Shown here piece by piece: positions 8,233 to 17,706 of a stretch of 64,000 bases of DNA; position 1 is the stretch's first letter; every line of letters begins with the position of its first letter. The notes under the pieces were generated by a model. The model searched no databases. It was given only the letters and a program-made list of their open reading frames with translations, and was not told where the DNA came from. The DNA lies in the IMG/VR virus record IMGVR_UViG_3300045988_141012. One strand, 5' to 3'. The DNA comes from a virus. Made by a program: the position numbers and the translations under genes.

Positions 8233-8421
8233 ATGGCAAAGATAACAAAGGCGATTTCTCTAAAGAATGCGGAAATCAACATGGAAGATATGACAATCAC
8301 TGAAACAACAAAAGATGATATAAAAGTATATTCATTGGATAAGTTGTTGGCGGACTGGAATCATATAAGTGGTATTTCTCTTACCATTAAGCAGGACGAT
8401 GAGATTCCTGCTAACGAGTAA
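8233..8421 (+). CDS. hypothetical protein (62 aa)
   Basis: ATG lies 12 nt after GAAAGGA; ORF from the track. Confidence 0.5.
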   Translation: MAKITKAISLKNAEINMEDMTITETTKDDIKVYSLDKLLADWNHISGISLTIKQDDEIPANE

Positions 8422-8432
8422 TCGTAAGGGCG

Positions 8433-9620
8433 GTGGACGTTATTAAATTTGAACGACTTCAAGATGAAACAGATGAAGAACTAATTTATAGAATATGTTC
8501 ACAAAAAGATATTATTGGTACTTGGTCTGACGTAGCGTCGATTATTAATCGGTTGACAGGAAATGATTTTGGAGAAAGTACATACCGTAAGAAATTTCAA
8601 TCATTTCAGAAGATGCTGAATGCTAATCAAAGTAAGTTTAGTGAGTCAAGTGAGCAACTTAAAGAGATTGAGTTGCAAAAGCGTGAGTTGGAACGTGAGA
8701 AGATAAAATTTAGAGATGAACGAAATGCTTGGCAAAAGCAAAATTATATTGATGCCCGTGTGGAACAAAAGTTAGACTTGTTGGAAGAACAATTGCTTTC
8801 GCAAGGTAAAGTGAATTTTAAAAAGCATGGTGATGTAAATATATCCTCTAATAACGACATACTTGTAATTCTTAGTGATTTCCACATTGGACAAACCTTT
8901 TCTTCTCCTTGGGGCAATTATAATTCTGATATTGCTAAGGGAAGATTAAGTCAGTTATTAAGCGAGATTATAGAAATACGTCAGTTATACAATTCTGAAA
9001 ACTGTTTCATTTCGTTGCAAGGTGATATGTTGAGTGGAAATATTCATAAAACAATTCAAGTCACTAATAGAGAAAACGTTATTCAGCAAATTAAAATTGC
9101 CAGTGAATTGATTTCTTCTTTTTGTTATGAATTGAGTAAACATTTTGCGGAAGTTTATATGTCAAGTGTTGTAGGCAACCACTCAAGAATTGACAAAAAA
9201 GAAGAAGCGTTGCACGATGAAAGATTGGATGACTTGATTACTTGGGGTGTGAATTTATCCTTGAAACATATAGTAAATTTTCATATATTAAATAATAATT
9301 TCGACAACGGTATTTCTTCGATGGAGATTCGAGGTAAAGATTATATTAATGTGCATGGCGATATGGACGCATATAGTAAGAATGGTGTTTCTAACTTATG
9401 CATGTATCTTGGATATATTCCATATGCAATTACGTATGGACATCTTCATACTTGTGCAGTAGACGAAACAAATGGAATAAAAATGATTCGTGGAGGTAGT
9501 CTTGCAGGAAGTGGAGATTCATATACGATTGAGAAACGATTGTCGGGAAAGGCATCACAGATGGTATGTGTATGTAATAAAAATGGAGTAGTTTGTTACT
9601 ACCCTATTGAGTTAAATTAA
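8433..9620 (+). CDS. calcineurin-like metallophosphoesterase (SbcD/Mre11-type motifs) with N-terminal coiled-coil region
   Basis: Ordered motifs: SDFHIG (DxH), LQGDMLSGN (GD), VVGNHSRID (GNH), NVHGDMD (H) and YGHLHT (GHxH). GTG start after AAGGGCGG. Confidence 0.75.
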   Translation: MDVIKFERLQDETDEELIYRICSQKDIIGTWSDVASIINRLTGNDFGESTYRKKFQSFQKMLNANQSKFSESSEQLKEIELQKRELEREKIKFRDERNAWQKQNYIDARVEQKLDLLEEQLLSQGKVNFKKHGDVNISSNNDILVILSDFHIGQTFSSPWGNYNSDIAKGRLSQLLSEIIEIRQLYNSENCFISLQGDMLSGNIHKTIQVTNRENVIQQIKIASELISSFCYELSKHFAEVYMSSVVGNHSRIDKKEEALHDERLDDLITWGVNLSLKHIVNFHILNNNFDNGISSMEIRGKDYINVHGDMDAYSKNGVSNLCMYLGYIPYAITYGHLHTCAVDETNGIKMIRGGSLAGSGDSYTIEKRLSGKASQMVCVCNKNGVVCYYPIELN

Positions 9621-9656
9621 AAAAAATAATTGTAAAGAACGAAAGGAAAATTAATT

Positions 9657-9932
9657 ATGAAAAAGAATGATATTATTGCAGTATATGCAGAAAAGAACAA
9701 TGTAACAAAGAAGGCGGCAACAGAAGTTGTTGGTTCAGTTATTGATATTATAAAGGACGGCATTTTGACAGAGGGTGTTGTTGATATTACTGGTTTTGTA
9801 AAGTTTACAAAGGTACATAGAGAAGCAAGAACAGGTAAAAACCCTCGTACAGGTGAAGCTATTGCTATATCAGCAAAGTATGCACCAAAGGCAGAATTCA
9901 AGAAAGCATTTAAAGATCAAATCAACGAATAA
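9657..9932 (+). CDS. hup: HU/IHF-family DNA-binding protein
   Basis: 91 aa. [13 protein letters not shown]...TKKAATEVV...FGKF-like [33 protein letters not shown]-like arm, typical of HU. Confidence 0.85.
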   Translation: [91 protein letters not shown]

Positions 9933-9948
9933 TAGTGAGGTTAAACAT

Positions 9949-10518
9949 ATGAAGAATTACATAGTAGATGATATGGCAACTTTGGCTGATGATATTATAT
10001 TTGAACTCGCTTCACAATCAACTGAATTTAAGAATATATCGGTAATTGGACATTATGAAGATATTGAACCAATTATAAAAGAATTGGCTCGTTATGATGA
10101 TGTTTACTTTATATCACTTGAGATAGGTTTGAACGGCGTGGTTGAGTATGATGATGAATATATTTTATCTATCAATAATGATTATGAGGTTTTCGTTGAA
10201 CCGGCTAAGAGAAATGGTAAGTATTTCAATTATGATAGTGAGGTACTATATATTTTCAGTGATTGCTCGTCAAAACTGATTCATTGTAATTTAAATAAAA
10301 ATACGGAAGTATATGAAGTGGATTATGCTGACGAAGTTGAAGAAGATTATGAAGATGAGTTGGTTGATGATATAGATGACGGCAAGTATGTCGTTGTTAA
10401 ATCAAATTTGAGTGACGATGAGATTAAAGACTTACTTGGTAGAGTAAGAGACAATCTTAACCATATGGATGAATGTTTTGCGGAAATGGACAGAATTCGT
10501 GAAATATTCGGTTGGTGA
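9949..10518 (+). CDS. acidic hypothetical protein (189 aa)
   Basis: ATG 9949 follows GTGAGG. The track's upstream start at 9853 overlaps hup and lacks an SD. There is a D/E-rich stretch EVDYADEVEEDYEDELVDDIDDG. Confidence 0.55.
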   Translation: MKNYIVDDMATLADDIIFELASQSTEFKNISVIGHYEDIEPIIKELARYDDVYFISLEIGLNGVVEYDDEYILSINNDYEVFVEPAKRNGKYFNYDSEVLYIFSDCSSKLIHCNLNKNTEVYEVDYADEVEEDYEDELVDDIDDGKYVVVKSNLSDDEIKDLLGRVRDNLNHMDECFAEMDRIREIFGW

Positions 10519-10533
10519 ACTATATGACTTGTG

Positions 10534-10565
10534 AGAGTGTGTGAGAAATTGCACACTCTTTTTCT
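10534..10565 (+). terminator. intrinsic terminator
   Basis: AGAGTGTG (10534-10541) pairs with CACACTCT (10552-10559), followed by TTTTTCT. Confidence 0.65.
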
Positions 10566-10741
10566 ATGGGCAAAATGGCTTCTTTGTCGAGGTTTAATTC
10601 CTTGATTGCTCGAAATGTTATGTTTTTCGTTTATGAAACGGAGAATATTTTAGTAAAGGTCAAATGGTTTATTTGATAAAGAGTTGATATAGGGTGGCTG
10701 ATGCTCCCCTCTCTCTGTCTCCAATTATAAATTAAAAATGA

Positions 10742-10930
10742 TTGGAAAGTTTTAAAATAAAAGAAATTATTTTAAGAAATGAAAATGGTCAAGTTGTAAC
10801 AAATAGTATTGAGGTTGCTAAGAATTTTGGGTGGCTTAATCTAGGTGTGTACGTAGAATTTGCCTATGTACACATTTTCTTTTATATTAATGGGAATTTA
10901 TTTATAATATTATTCCAAGCAATACTATAA
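10742..10930 (+). pseudogene. Rha/antirepressor-like N-terminal fragment (only ~30 aa recognisable)
   Basis: ENGQVVTNSIEVAKNFG resembles the Rha-family N-terminus. Similarity ends near nt 10831, and the rest is low-complexity read-through overlapping the convergent gene. Confidence 0.3.
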
Positions 10931-11330
10931 AAAGCAACACACATACTGTACTTATGCACCATTTGGTGATATTGATTGGTATAAAAGTTTTGAGATTATG
11001 TTTGTATGAAAATTTAAATTGTTTTTCGATTTTAATTAAGCTTTTAAGAATTTTACGGTCTTCCTTTTCTATTTCTGATATAGTTTTCAAACATGCAATA
11101 TTTAAGGTAATTCCAATAATAGACAGAATGGCAAAGCAGATTTTAAGGTGTGATTCTCCTATCTTGTTATCTGATAATAAAGACAATAAGGAGATATAAC
11201 CCGCAACTATGCCTGCTATAATTCCTAAATTTACAGTTATAACAACTTGTATACTGGAACGACATTGTAAGTGTTCAGATGTCAAAGAATCATATTGTTC
11301 AATTTTATATTTTTTGTTTCTATGATACAT
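10902..11330 (-). CDS. membrane protein (about 3-4 TM segments)
   Basis: Minus-strand ORF. ATG at 11330 follows GGGGGA by 7 nt (alternative ATG at 11345). A TGATATAAT extended -10 lies upstream on the minus strand (about 11359-11371). Confidence 0.55.
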   Translation of the reverse strand: MYHRNKKYKIEQYDSLTSEHLQCRSSIQVVITVNLGIIAGIVAGYISLLSLLSDNKIGESHLKICFAILSIIGITLNIACLKTISEIEKEDRKILKSLIKIEKQFKFSYKHNLKTFIPINITKWCISTVCVLLFIVLLGIIL

Positions 11331-11414
11331 AACTTTGTCCCCCATTTCTTTGTTTTATTATATCATGAAAGTTTATTTTTAACAAGTTTTGTTGTATGAA
11401 AGGAAGTGATTTTT

Positions 11415-12368
11415 ATGGCAGAACGTGCAAAACGTATACAAATGTATGATGAAAACAAATTTCAAAACATAAATCCCGAAACTCTAAAATTATTTCAAAA
11501 ATATCAGATAGATATGTCTATCCGTGATTTATCTAAAAATACAATTGATGCTTATAATGCAGATTTGAAACAATGGTTTATTTTTATGTACGACCATCAG
11601 TTTAACTTATCTGTTTTAGAGGCAACCGAGGATGATATTACAGAGTATTATTATTGGAGAAAGCAACAAGGTAATAATGTAAATCGGCAAAAGAGGGTTA
11701 TGGCTTCGATTTCGGCATTCTATAAATTTCTTCGAAAAAAGAAACTTATAAGAGAATCGCCGACTGAGTTTATAGATAGACCTAAAGCTGGACAACCCAT
11801 TACAGTGCAAACATATCTTACAAAGGAACAAGTGCAATTAATGAGAGAAAAACTTGAAGAATATGGTGATATTCAATTACAAGCATATGCCTTTCTTTCG
11901 TTAACCACTATGGCACGGGTAAATGCTGTTGCCAATTTAAAATGGAAACAAGTTAATTTAGAAGAGAGAATTTGCACTGACGTTATTGAAAAAGAAGGTA
12001 AAATTGTAGAATTGAGTTTTTCAGTTGAAACAAAAAATTATCTTGAGAATCTGATTCAATATCGCAAGGATAATAATATTGACGACCATGGATGGTTGTT
12101 CATTACACCTTATGTCACCGAAGATAAACCAATACGAAATAGCACGTTGAATGATTGGTGTAAAAAGATTGGTGCGATGATTGACGTTCCTACTCTACAT
12201 GCCCACGATTTCAGGCACAACTACGCCACGCTACTCAAGAACGCCGGCGTAAATTTGGAAGACATTTCCACTATGTTGAATCATGCTGGAACGGATGTAA
12301 CTAAAAAGTTTTACATAAAAACTGACACTACTAAGGTTAGAAAATTAAAAGATAGTATTCAGATTTAA
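11415..12368 (+). CDS. int: tyrosine recombinase / integrase (XerC/D-like)
   Basis: SAM-like N-domain, then a catalytic region with ARVNAV (R), HDFRHNYAT (HxxR) and TKKFY (Y). ATG lies 8 nt after AGGAAG. Confidence 0.85.
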   Translation: MAERAKRIQMYDENKFQNINPETLKLFQKYQIDMSIRDLSKNTIDAYNADLKQWFIFMYDHQFNLSVLEATEDDITEYYYWRKQQGNNVNRQKRVMASISAFYKFLRKKKLIRESPTEFIDRPKAGQPITVQTYLTKEQVQLMREKLEEYGDIQLQAYAFLSLTTMARVNAVANLKWKQVNLEERICTDVIEKEGKIVELSFSVETKNYLENLIQYRKDNNIDDHGWLFITPYVTEDKPIRNSTLNDWCKKIGAMIDVPTLHAHDFRHNYATLLKNAGVNLEDISTMLNHAGTDVTKKFYIKTDTTKVRKLKDSIQI

Positions 12369-12397
12369 ACCCAACAAACAATAAATTAATAAAGAAA

Positions 12398-12422
12398 AGA
12401 GTAGGTATCCCCTGCTCTTTTG
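12398..12422 (+). terminator. intrinsic terminator
   Basis: AGAGTAGG-TATCC-CCTGCTCT followed by TTTT. Confidence 0.6.
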
Positions 12423-12500
12423 TCATATAGGAAGAAAAGCAATTATGTAGGTGCAAATCCTGCACTTCCTCAAAAATATGTTAAAGGAGAGCAGTTAATT

Positions 12501-13781
12501 ATGGCAGTAAAAAAAACTGAGCAACCAGTAAAATTAACGGCTGCTCAAGCAAGAGAAAAAGTTAAAGAGTTAGAAGAAAAAATAGAGAAATATGATTCTA
12601 CCGCATTTTGTTTAATGTGTAAAAAACATAAAAATAGAGAAACTCATTTCTATGTGAATACAGATCCGATGTATGGTGAAACTACTTGCACTCCTATATG
12701 TCGAGAATGTGCGAGAAAAATAGCATTGAGAGTAGATAAAAATGGAGAAGAACATGAACCGACTAAGGAAAGTGTAATTTTGGCATTGAAATATTTGCAA
12801 AAACCATTTTTAAATACTGTGTGGAACGCAAGTGTGCAGGAATCTGAAAATTTAATAGCCGGAAAGGTAAAACATAATGCATGGTCGGCTTATATTAAAA
12901 ATATTCAAATGGTAAATTATCTTGGTTTGACATTCTTTGATTCAGACTTTTATAAAGAAAAAATCGTTTATGATGATGAAAAAACTGAAGTAAATATCAT
13001 AAATGAGCATTTGGGACAAGACGTTTATGAAGATTGTCAAAAGAATAAAGAGGATGTTAAACGTCTTCTTAATTATGATCCATTTGAACAAGAGGCTATT
13101 GAAGATCAACCTTTTTTATATTCGCAATTATTAGGATTATTGGATTCTAGTGAAGATGCTAATGACGATATGATGAGAACTTCATCTGCAATTTCAATAG
13201 TTAGAGGCTTTCTTCAGCAGTCAAAGATAGATGATACGGTTGCTAAATTAATGTCTGATATAAACAATATTGAAAAAAATTCAGCAACAATTAAAACTCT
13301 ACAAGATAGTAAAAGTAAAATTACATCTATTATTACGAACTTGGCTCAAGATAGTTGTATTTCATTGAAATATAATAAGAATGCAAAAAAGGGTGAAAAT
13401 ACTTGGACAGGTAAATTGAAAAAAATTAAAGATCTCGATTTAAGAGAAGGAAGAATAAATGGATATAATATAGAAACTTGTAAAGGTATGCAACAAGTTG
13501 CTGATATTAGTATGTCTGCTATTTTAAAAGCTTTGAACAACGATGAATCTGAATGGGCGGATATGGTAGCAGAGCAAAGAAAAAAACTAAGTGCATTAAC
13601 TGAGGAGAATGATGGGTTGCGTGAAGCTTTTCGTATTTTATTACAAGAAAATTTAGATTTGCGAGATACAATGCAAGATAAAAATTTATTGAAAGATGCT
13701 AATTTATGCGACCTCGATAACATTGTTAATACATATGTATTAGGGAGGAAAAAGGAAAATGAAGAAGAAAATACTACCTGA
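12501..13781 (+). CDS. zinc-ribbon/coiled-coil protein upstream of terminase (possible small terminase subunit)
   Basis: ATG 12501 follows AAAGGAGAG. Contains CLMCKK...CTPICRECARK. The assignment rests on position only. Confidence 0.35.
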   Translation: MAVKKTEQPVKLTAAQAREKVKELEEKIEKYDSTAFCLMCKKHKNRETHFYVNTDPMYGETTCTPICRECARKIALRVDKNGEEHEPTKESVILALKYLQKPFLNTVWNASVQESENLIAGKVKHNAWSAYIKNIQMVNYLGLTFFDSDFYKEKIVYDDEKTEVNIINEHLGQDVYEDCQKNKEDVKRLLNYDPFEQEAIEDQPFLYSQLLGLLDSSEDANDDMMRTSSAISIVRGFLQQSKIDDTVAKLMSDINNIEKNSATIKTLQDSKSKITSIITNLAQDSCISLKYNKNAKKGENTWTGKLKKIKDLDLREGRINGYNIETCKGMQQVADISMSAILKALNNDESEWADMVAEQRKKLSALTEENDGLREAFRILLQENLDLRDTMQDKNLLKDANLCDLDNIVNTYVLGRKKENEEENTT

Positions 13782-13828
13782 GTTTCGATATGACAGGGAT
13801 ACTATTGAAAAATATGAGGAAGAATTAT

Positions 13829-15916
13829 ATGGAACAGTTTAAATATCCAGTTGTATATAATGATGAAATTGCAAATAGATGTATATATGGTGCTTCATTT
13901 GTTCGAGAACTTTTGGGAATAGAAAATCACACAAAAATATATCATAAGGATATTATATATCCTATGAGTTCTCGAAAGGTGGAAGGTTTTCAAAGGATTG
14001 CCGAAGAAAAAAATTATTATCAAGAAAACCCCGTTAAGTTTATAAAAGATTTTTTTAATATACAGCTGTTAGATTCTCAAGCATATTTAATGCAAATGTC
14101 ATGGGCTACTCCCCAAGTTATGATATGTGCATCTCGTGCATATGGTAAAAGTTTTTGGATTGTTTTATTTGCAATGGCAAAACAAATGTTAGCTATTCAA
14201 CCTTGGAACTGTTATATTGCTTCCGGTAGCAGTCAACAATCAGCTACAACTTTTAAAAAATTAGAGGATATTGCGAATGACAGAATAGCTTCATTAATAA
14301 ATTCTTCTGGATATATTTTCAAAAATGAAGTAGAAGTTCCAAATGCAAGTGGCGATGGTTTTTCACACAATCCAAGTGGTTTTACATATAGTTTACATAA
14401 TGGTTCGTTCTCCAGAACGCTTTCGTCGAATATCGATCGTAATAGGGGCGCTCGAGCCTCATGTGTTATTTTTGACGAAAGTGCTTTTTTGTCTCAAGAT
14501 TTACTTTCTGTTTATAAGGCTTTTTGTGCCACAAAAAACGAATTTGCTACTGGTTTTGATAAAGATGGAAATATGATAGACCAAACAAGATTATTAGCCA
14601 TTCCTAAACCTATTCCTAATCAATTAGTTTATGTTTCATCTGCTTCTTCTACAGACACTCCCTTTTATACAATGTATCGTGATTTTAGCAAACAAATGAT
14701 TATGGGAAATAAAGATTATTTTGTAGCCCAAATTGATTGCGATTTAGTTATGAAACCTACTATTATGAATATCCCCACTACACCTGCTCTTACACGAGAA
14801 ATGATAGAGTCTGACATGCGTTCTAATCCCGAAAAAGCACGTAGAGAGTATTATTGTGAATTTACAACTGACGCAGGTTCGGATGCAATTATAAGACGTG
14901 GAGTTATTACTCGCAATGAACGAGTATACAAACCATTACTTTATAATGATACGGGTGATAAGAAATTTGTAATTGCATATGACCCAGCCAGATCACGAGA
15001 TAACTCGGTCATTCTTGTTGGAGAAATATACGATTCTAAATTGCCAGATGGCTCAACTGAAAAGAAAATGCGTTTAGTAAATTGTATGAATCTTATTGAT
15101 GTTGGTAAAAAGATTAAGTCGCCAATGCAAACACAAGATCAAATAAAATACTTAAAAAAAGTCATATTGGATTATAACGGTGGTGCAGATGGATATGGTA
15201 ATATTATTGGTGTTTATATTGATGCCGGTTCAGGTGGTAGTGGCGTAAATATTGCCGATTATTTAATGGAGGATTGGGTCGATTCGGCAGGAATAACACA
15301 TAGAGGACTTATAGATAAAGAATATTCTTCTGAATATGTAAGTAAGTTTCCCAATGCCGTAAATAAGATACATCTTATAAATCCAGCCGGTTATAAATCT
15401 GAAATGTATGAAGCAATGATTGAATTAATGAATCAAGATAAAATTACATTTACTGCACCATATGATAATAAAGATTATTTAACAGTTTTTGATATTGATG
15501 AAGACGTTTTAAACAAAGCAAAGGAAGATATAAAAAAACAACTTAAAGAAAAAAATCTTCCACAAGATGAATATGACCAGCAATTCCAAAAAGAATTGGA
15601 CAAGATTCAATCAGTAAATACAAAAACAATTAAATTGGATTGGCAAGATAGGATTGCTTTGGCAAACTTGGATAGCCTAAAAGAAGAAATTGTGAATATG
15701 GTGCGTAAACCGAGAGAGTCTGGCAAGGATTCATTTATGTTAACTCCCGAAAAAGAAAACAAACTTCACGACGATAGAAGTTACACTTGTGCTCTTGCAT
15801 CTTATGCTCTTATGTGTGAGCGAAGAAAAAATATAACGCAAAGAAAACGACCGAAAACAGGAAATCTTGTAGATATGCTTCCTATTAGGAAAGCGAAAAG
15901 ATTTTCTTCAATATAA
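13829..15916 (+). CDS. terL: terminase large subunit
   Basis: Walker A-like ASRAYGKS, Walker B VIFDESAF, and a C-terminal nuclease-like YDPARSRDNSVILVGE. ATG 13829 follows GAGGAAG by 7 nt; the track start at 13790 has no SD. Confidence 0.8.
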   Translation: MEQFKYPVVYNDEIANRCIYGASFVRELLGIENHTKIYHKDIIYPMSSRKVEGFQRIAEEKNYYQENPVKFIKDFFNIQLLDSQAYLMQMSWATPQVMICASRAYGKSFWIVLFAMAKQMLAIQPWNCYIASGSSQQSATTFKKLEDIANDRIASLINSSGYIFKNEVEVPNASGDGFSHNPSGFTYSLHNGSFSRTLSSNIDRNRGARASCVIFDESAFLSQDLLSVYKAFCATKNEFATGFDKDGNMIDQTRLLAIPKPIPNQLVYVSSASSTDTPFYTMYRDFSKQMIMGNKDYFVAQIDCDLVMKPTIMNIPTTPALTREMIESDMRSNPEKARREYYCEFTTDAGSDAIIRRGVITRNERVYKPLLYNDTGDKKFVIAYDPARSRDNSVILVGEIYDSKLPDGSTEKKMRLVNCMNLIDVGKKIKSPMQTQDQIKYLKKVILDYNGGADGYGNIIGVYIDAGSGGSGVNIADYLMEDWVDSAGITHRGLIDKEYSSEYVSKFPNAVNKIHLINPAGYKSEMYEAMIELMNQDKITFTAPYDNKDYLTVFDIDEDVLNKAKEDIKKQLKEKNLPQDEYDQQFQKELDKIQSVNTKTIKLDWQDRIALANLDSLKEEIVNMVRKPRESGKDSFMLTPEKENKLHDDRSYTCALASYALMCERRKNITQRKRPKTGNLVDMLPIRKAKRFSSI

Positions 15917-15932
15917 GAAAGGGTGAGTTTTA

Positions 15933-17462
15933 TTGAAGAATAATGAAGAGGTGAATAACTCACCTAATAAAAAACAACCAACTATTGCAGAAATGAAAGA
16001 GTTTTATGAAAAAAATAAAAAACGTTTAGAAAAATTTGACAAAAGCATGGATGCTTTAAAACGTTTAAGGAATGAAAATAAAAATACCAAACTTAGAACA
16101 ATAAATAACTATTCAAAAGAATCAGTTAAGACATATATAAAAAATGTTAGTTCAAATGAGGCAAATCTACGTAATTTATCACGTTATTTATTTTATCGTT
16201 CAGAAATTTATTACAGATTATGTAAGTATTATGCAAATCAAATAGACACAAGCATTCATTCTGTTATCCCTAATTATAGTTTAGTTGAAGATAATGACAA
16301 AGATAGTATTTTACAATCATATGAAGCAACATTAAATGTGTTGGATGATATGCACATACAATATGAGGTTTTTAAATCAGCAGTTGTAAATATGCGAGAA
16401 GATGTGTTTTATGCTTGCTCGTATTATACAGAAGGCGAAGGTATGTTTTGGCTTCCACTAGATGCAGATTATTGTAAAATCAATGGAGTATTTACCGATG
16501 GTTCATATTCATTTGCCATGGATATGTCTTACTTCAGAAAAAATGCTGATTTGCTAGAGTATTATGGTGAACCATTTACTTCATTATATAAAGCATATGA
16601 AAGTTCGGGCGACAAATATCAACAAATGCCTGAAGAATATGCAGTATGTACTAAATTCAGGTCGGAGGATTGGGAGACTGTTGTTCCCCCATTTACTCCG
16701 ATTTTCTTGAGTTTAATTGACTTAATGGATATGGCTGATTATCAAGCAGTTCAAGAAGCTGCAAATATATACAAGTTAGTATGGCTTGAGATGAAAACTA
16801 TGGGTAATGACGAACCAGATAACTGGAGTGTTGACCCAGAAATAATGATTGAGTATTTTAACAAAATGATAAATGATGCCATTCCCGACTATATTTCAGC
16901 GGCTATTGTACCAGGTGAATTACATGAAATTAGTTTTCCTGATAGTGGTGCGGATAGTGATGTTACAAAAGTTGAAAAGGCAACAAAAGAAATTTTGAAT
17001 AGTGCCGGAGGTGCTCAGATATTAAATCTAAATTCCGCATCAAATTCAACTGCTTTCAAATATGGTGTAGCGGCAGATACGGAATTTATTATGTCCCCTA
17101 TTATTCCACAAATTGAAGCTATTATAAATAGACTGCTTCGTTTTTATGTTGGCGAAGACCATTGTAAAGTAAAATTTTTTGAAGTTGGTATTTTTCAAAA
17201 AGAAGATTTCAGAAAATCTTTATTGGAATCGGCACAGTATGGATTACCAACAAAGTTAATGGTAAACTCTTTAAATGGGTTTTCGGAAAAAGAAACAATG
17301 GCTTTGAATTTCTTAGAAGAAGATATTTTGTCTGTTTCAACGAAATTCCAACCGTTAAGTAGTTCTTATACGCAAAGTGGAGATGGTTCAAATACCAAAG
17401 ATGAATCCGATTTAACAGATGCAGGATTACGAACTCGTGACAAAGACCTAAACAATAAATAA
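15933..17462 (+). CDS. portal protein (by position and size)
   Basis: 509 aa, directly after terL. TTG start lies 6 nt after AAAGGGTGAG. Confidence 0.6.
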   Translation: MKNNEEVNNSPNKKQPTIAEMKEFYEKNKKRLEKFDKSMDALKRLRNENKNTKLRTINNYSKESVKTYIKNVSSNEANLRNLSRYLFYRSEIYYRLCKYYANQIDTSIHSVIPNYSLVEDNDKDSILQSYEATLNVLDDMHIQYEVFKSAVVNMREDVFYACSYYTEGEGMFWLPLDADYCKINGVFTDGSYSFAMDMSYFRKNADLLEYYGEPFTSLYKAYESSGDKYQQMPEEYAVCTKFRSEDWETVVPPFTPIFLSLIDLMDMADYQAVQEAANIYKLVWLEMKTMGNDEPDNWSVDPEIMIEYFNKMINDAIPDYISAAIVPGELHEISFPDSGADSDVTKVEKATKEILNSAGGAQILNLNSASNSTAFKYGVAADTEFIMSPIIPQIEAIINRLLRFYVGEDHCKVKFFEVGIFQKEDFRKSLLESAQYGLPTKLMVNSLNGFSEKETMALNFLEEDILSVSTKFQPLSSSYTQSGDGSNTKDESDLTDAGLRTRDKDLNNK

Positions 17463-17475
17463 GGCGGTGATGTCA

Positions 17476-17655
17476 ATGGGCAAAAAATTTATTAAAGTTT
17501 CTGATGTTGAAACAGCAAATTTATTAACGAAATTGGGGTTTCAACTGATAGATAAAACAAGCGGAATATATACATTTCTTAATAATACAACAACAAAATT
17601 TTCAAACGACATAGACAAAAGTAAAGTTCAATATAGCAATGTATTGTTCATATAA
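17476..17655 (+). CDS. small hypothetical protein (59 aa)
   Basis: ATG lies 9 nt after AAGGCGG. GKKFIKVSDVETANLLTKLGFQLID resembles small DUF5659-type phage proteins (recollection). Confidence 0.4.
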   Translation: MGKKFIKVSDVETANLLTKLGFQLIDKTSGIYTFLNNTTTKFSNDIDKSKVQYSNVLFI

Positions 17656-17706
17656 TACTCCCCCTTTTGTGAGGAGTTATATTCTTAAAGAAAGGAGGAT
17701 GTATAC

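Noticed and set aside
9617-9901. 94-aa minus-strand ORF
   Set aside because: It is an antisense shadow of the well-supported HU gene and has no SD.
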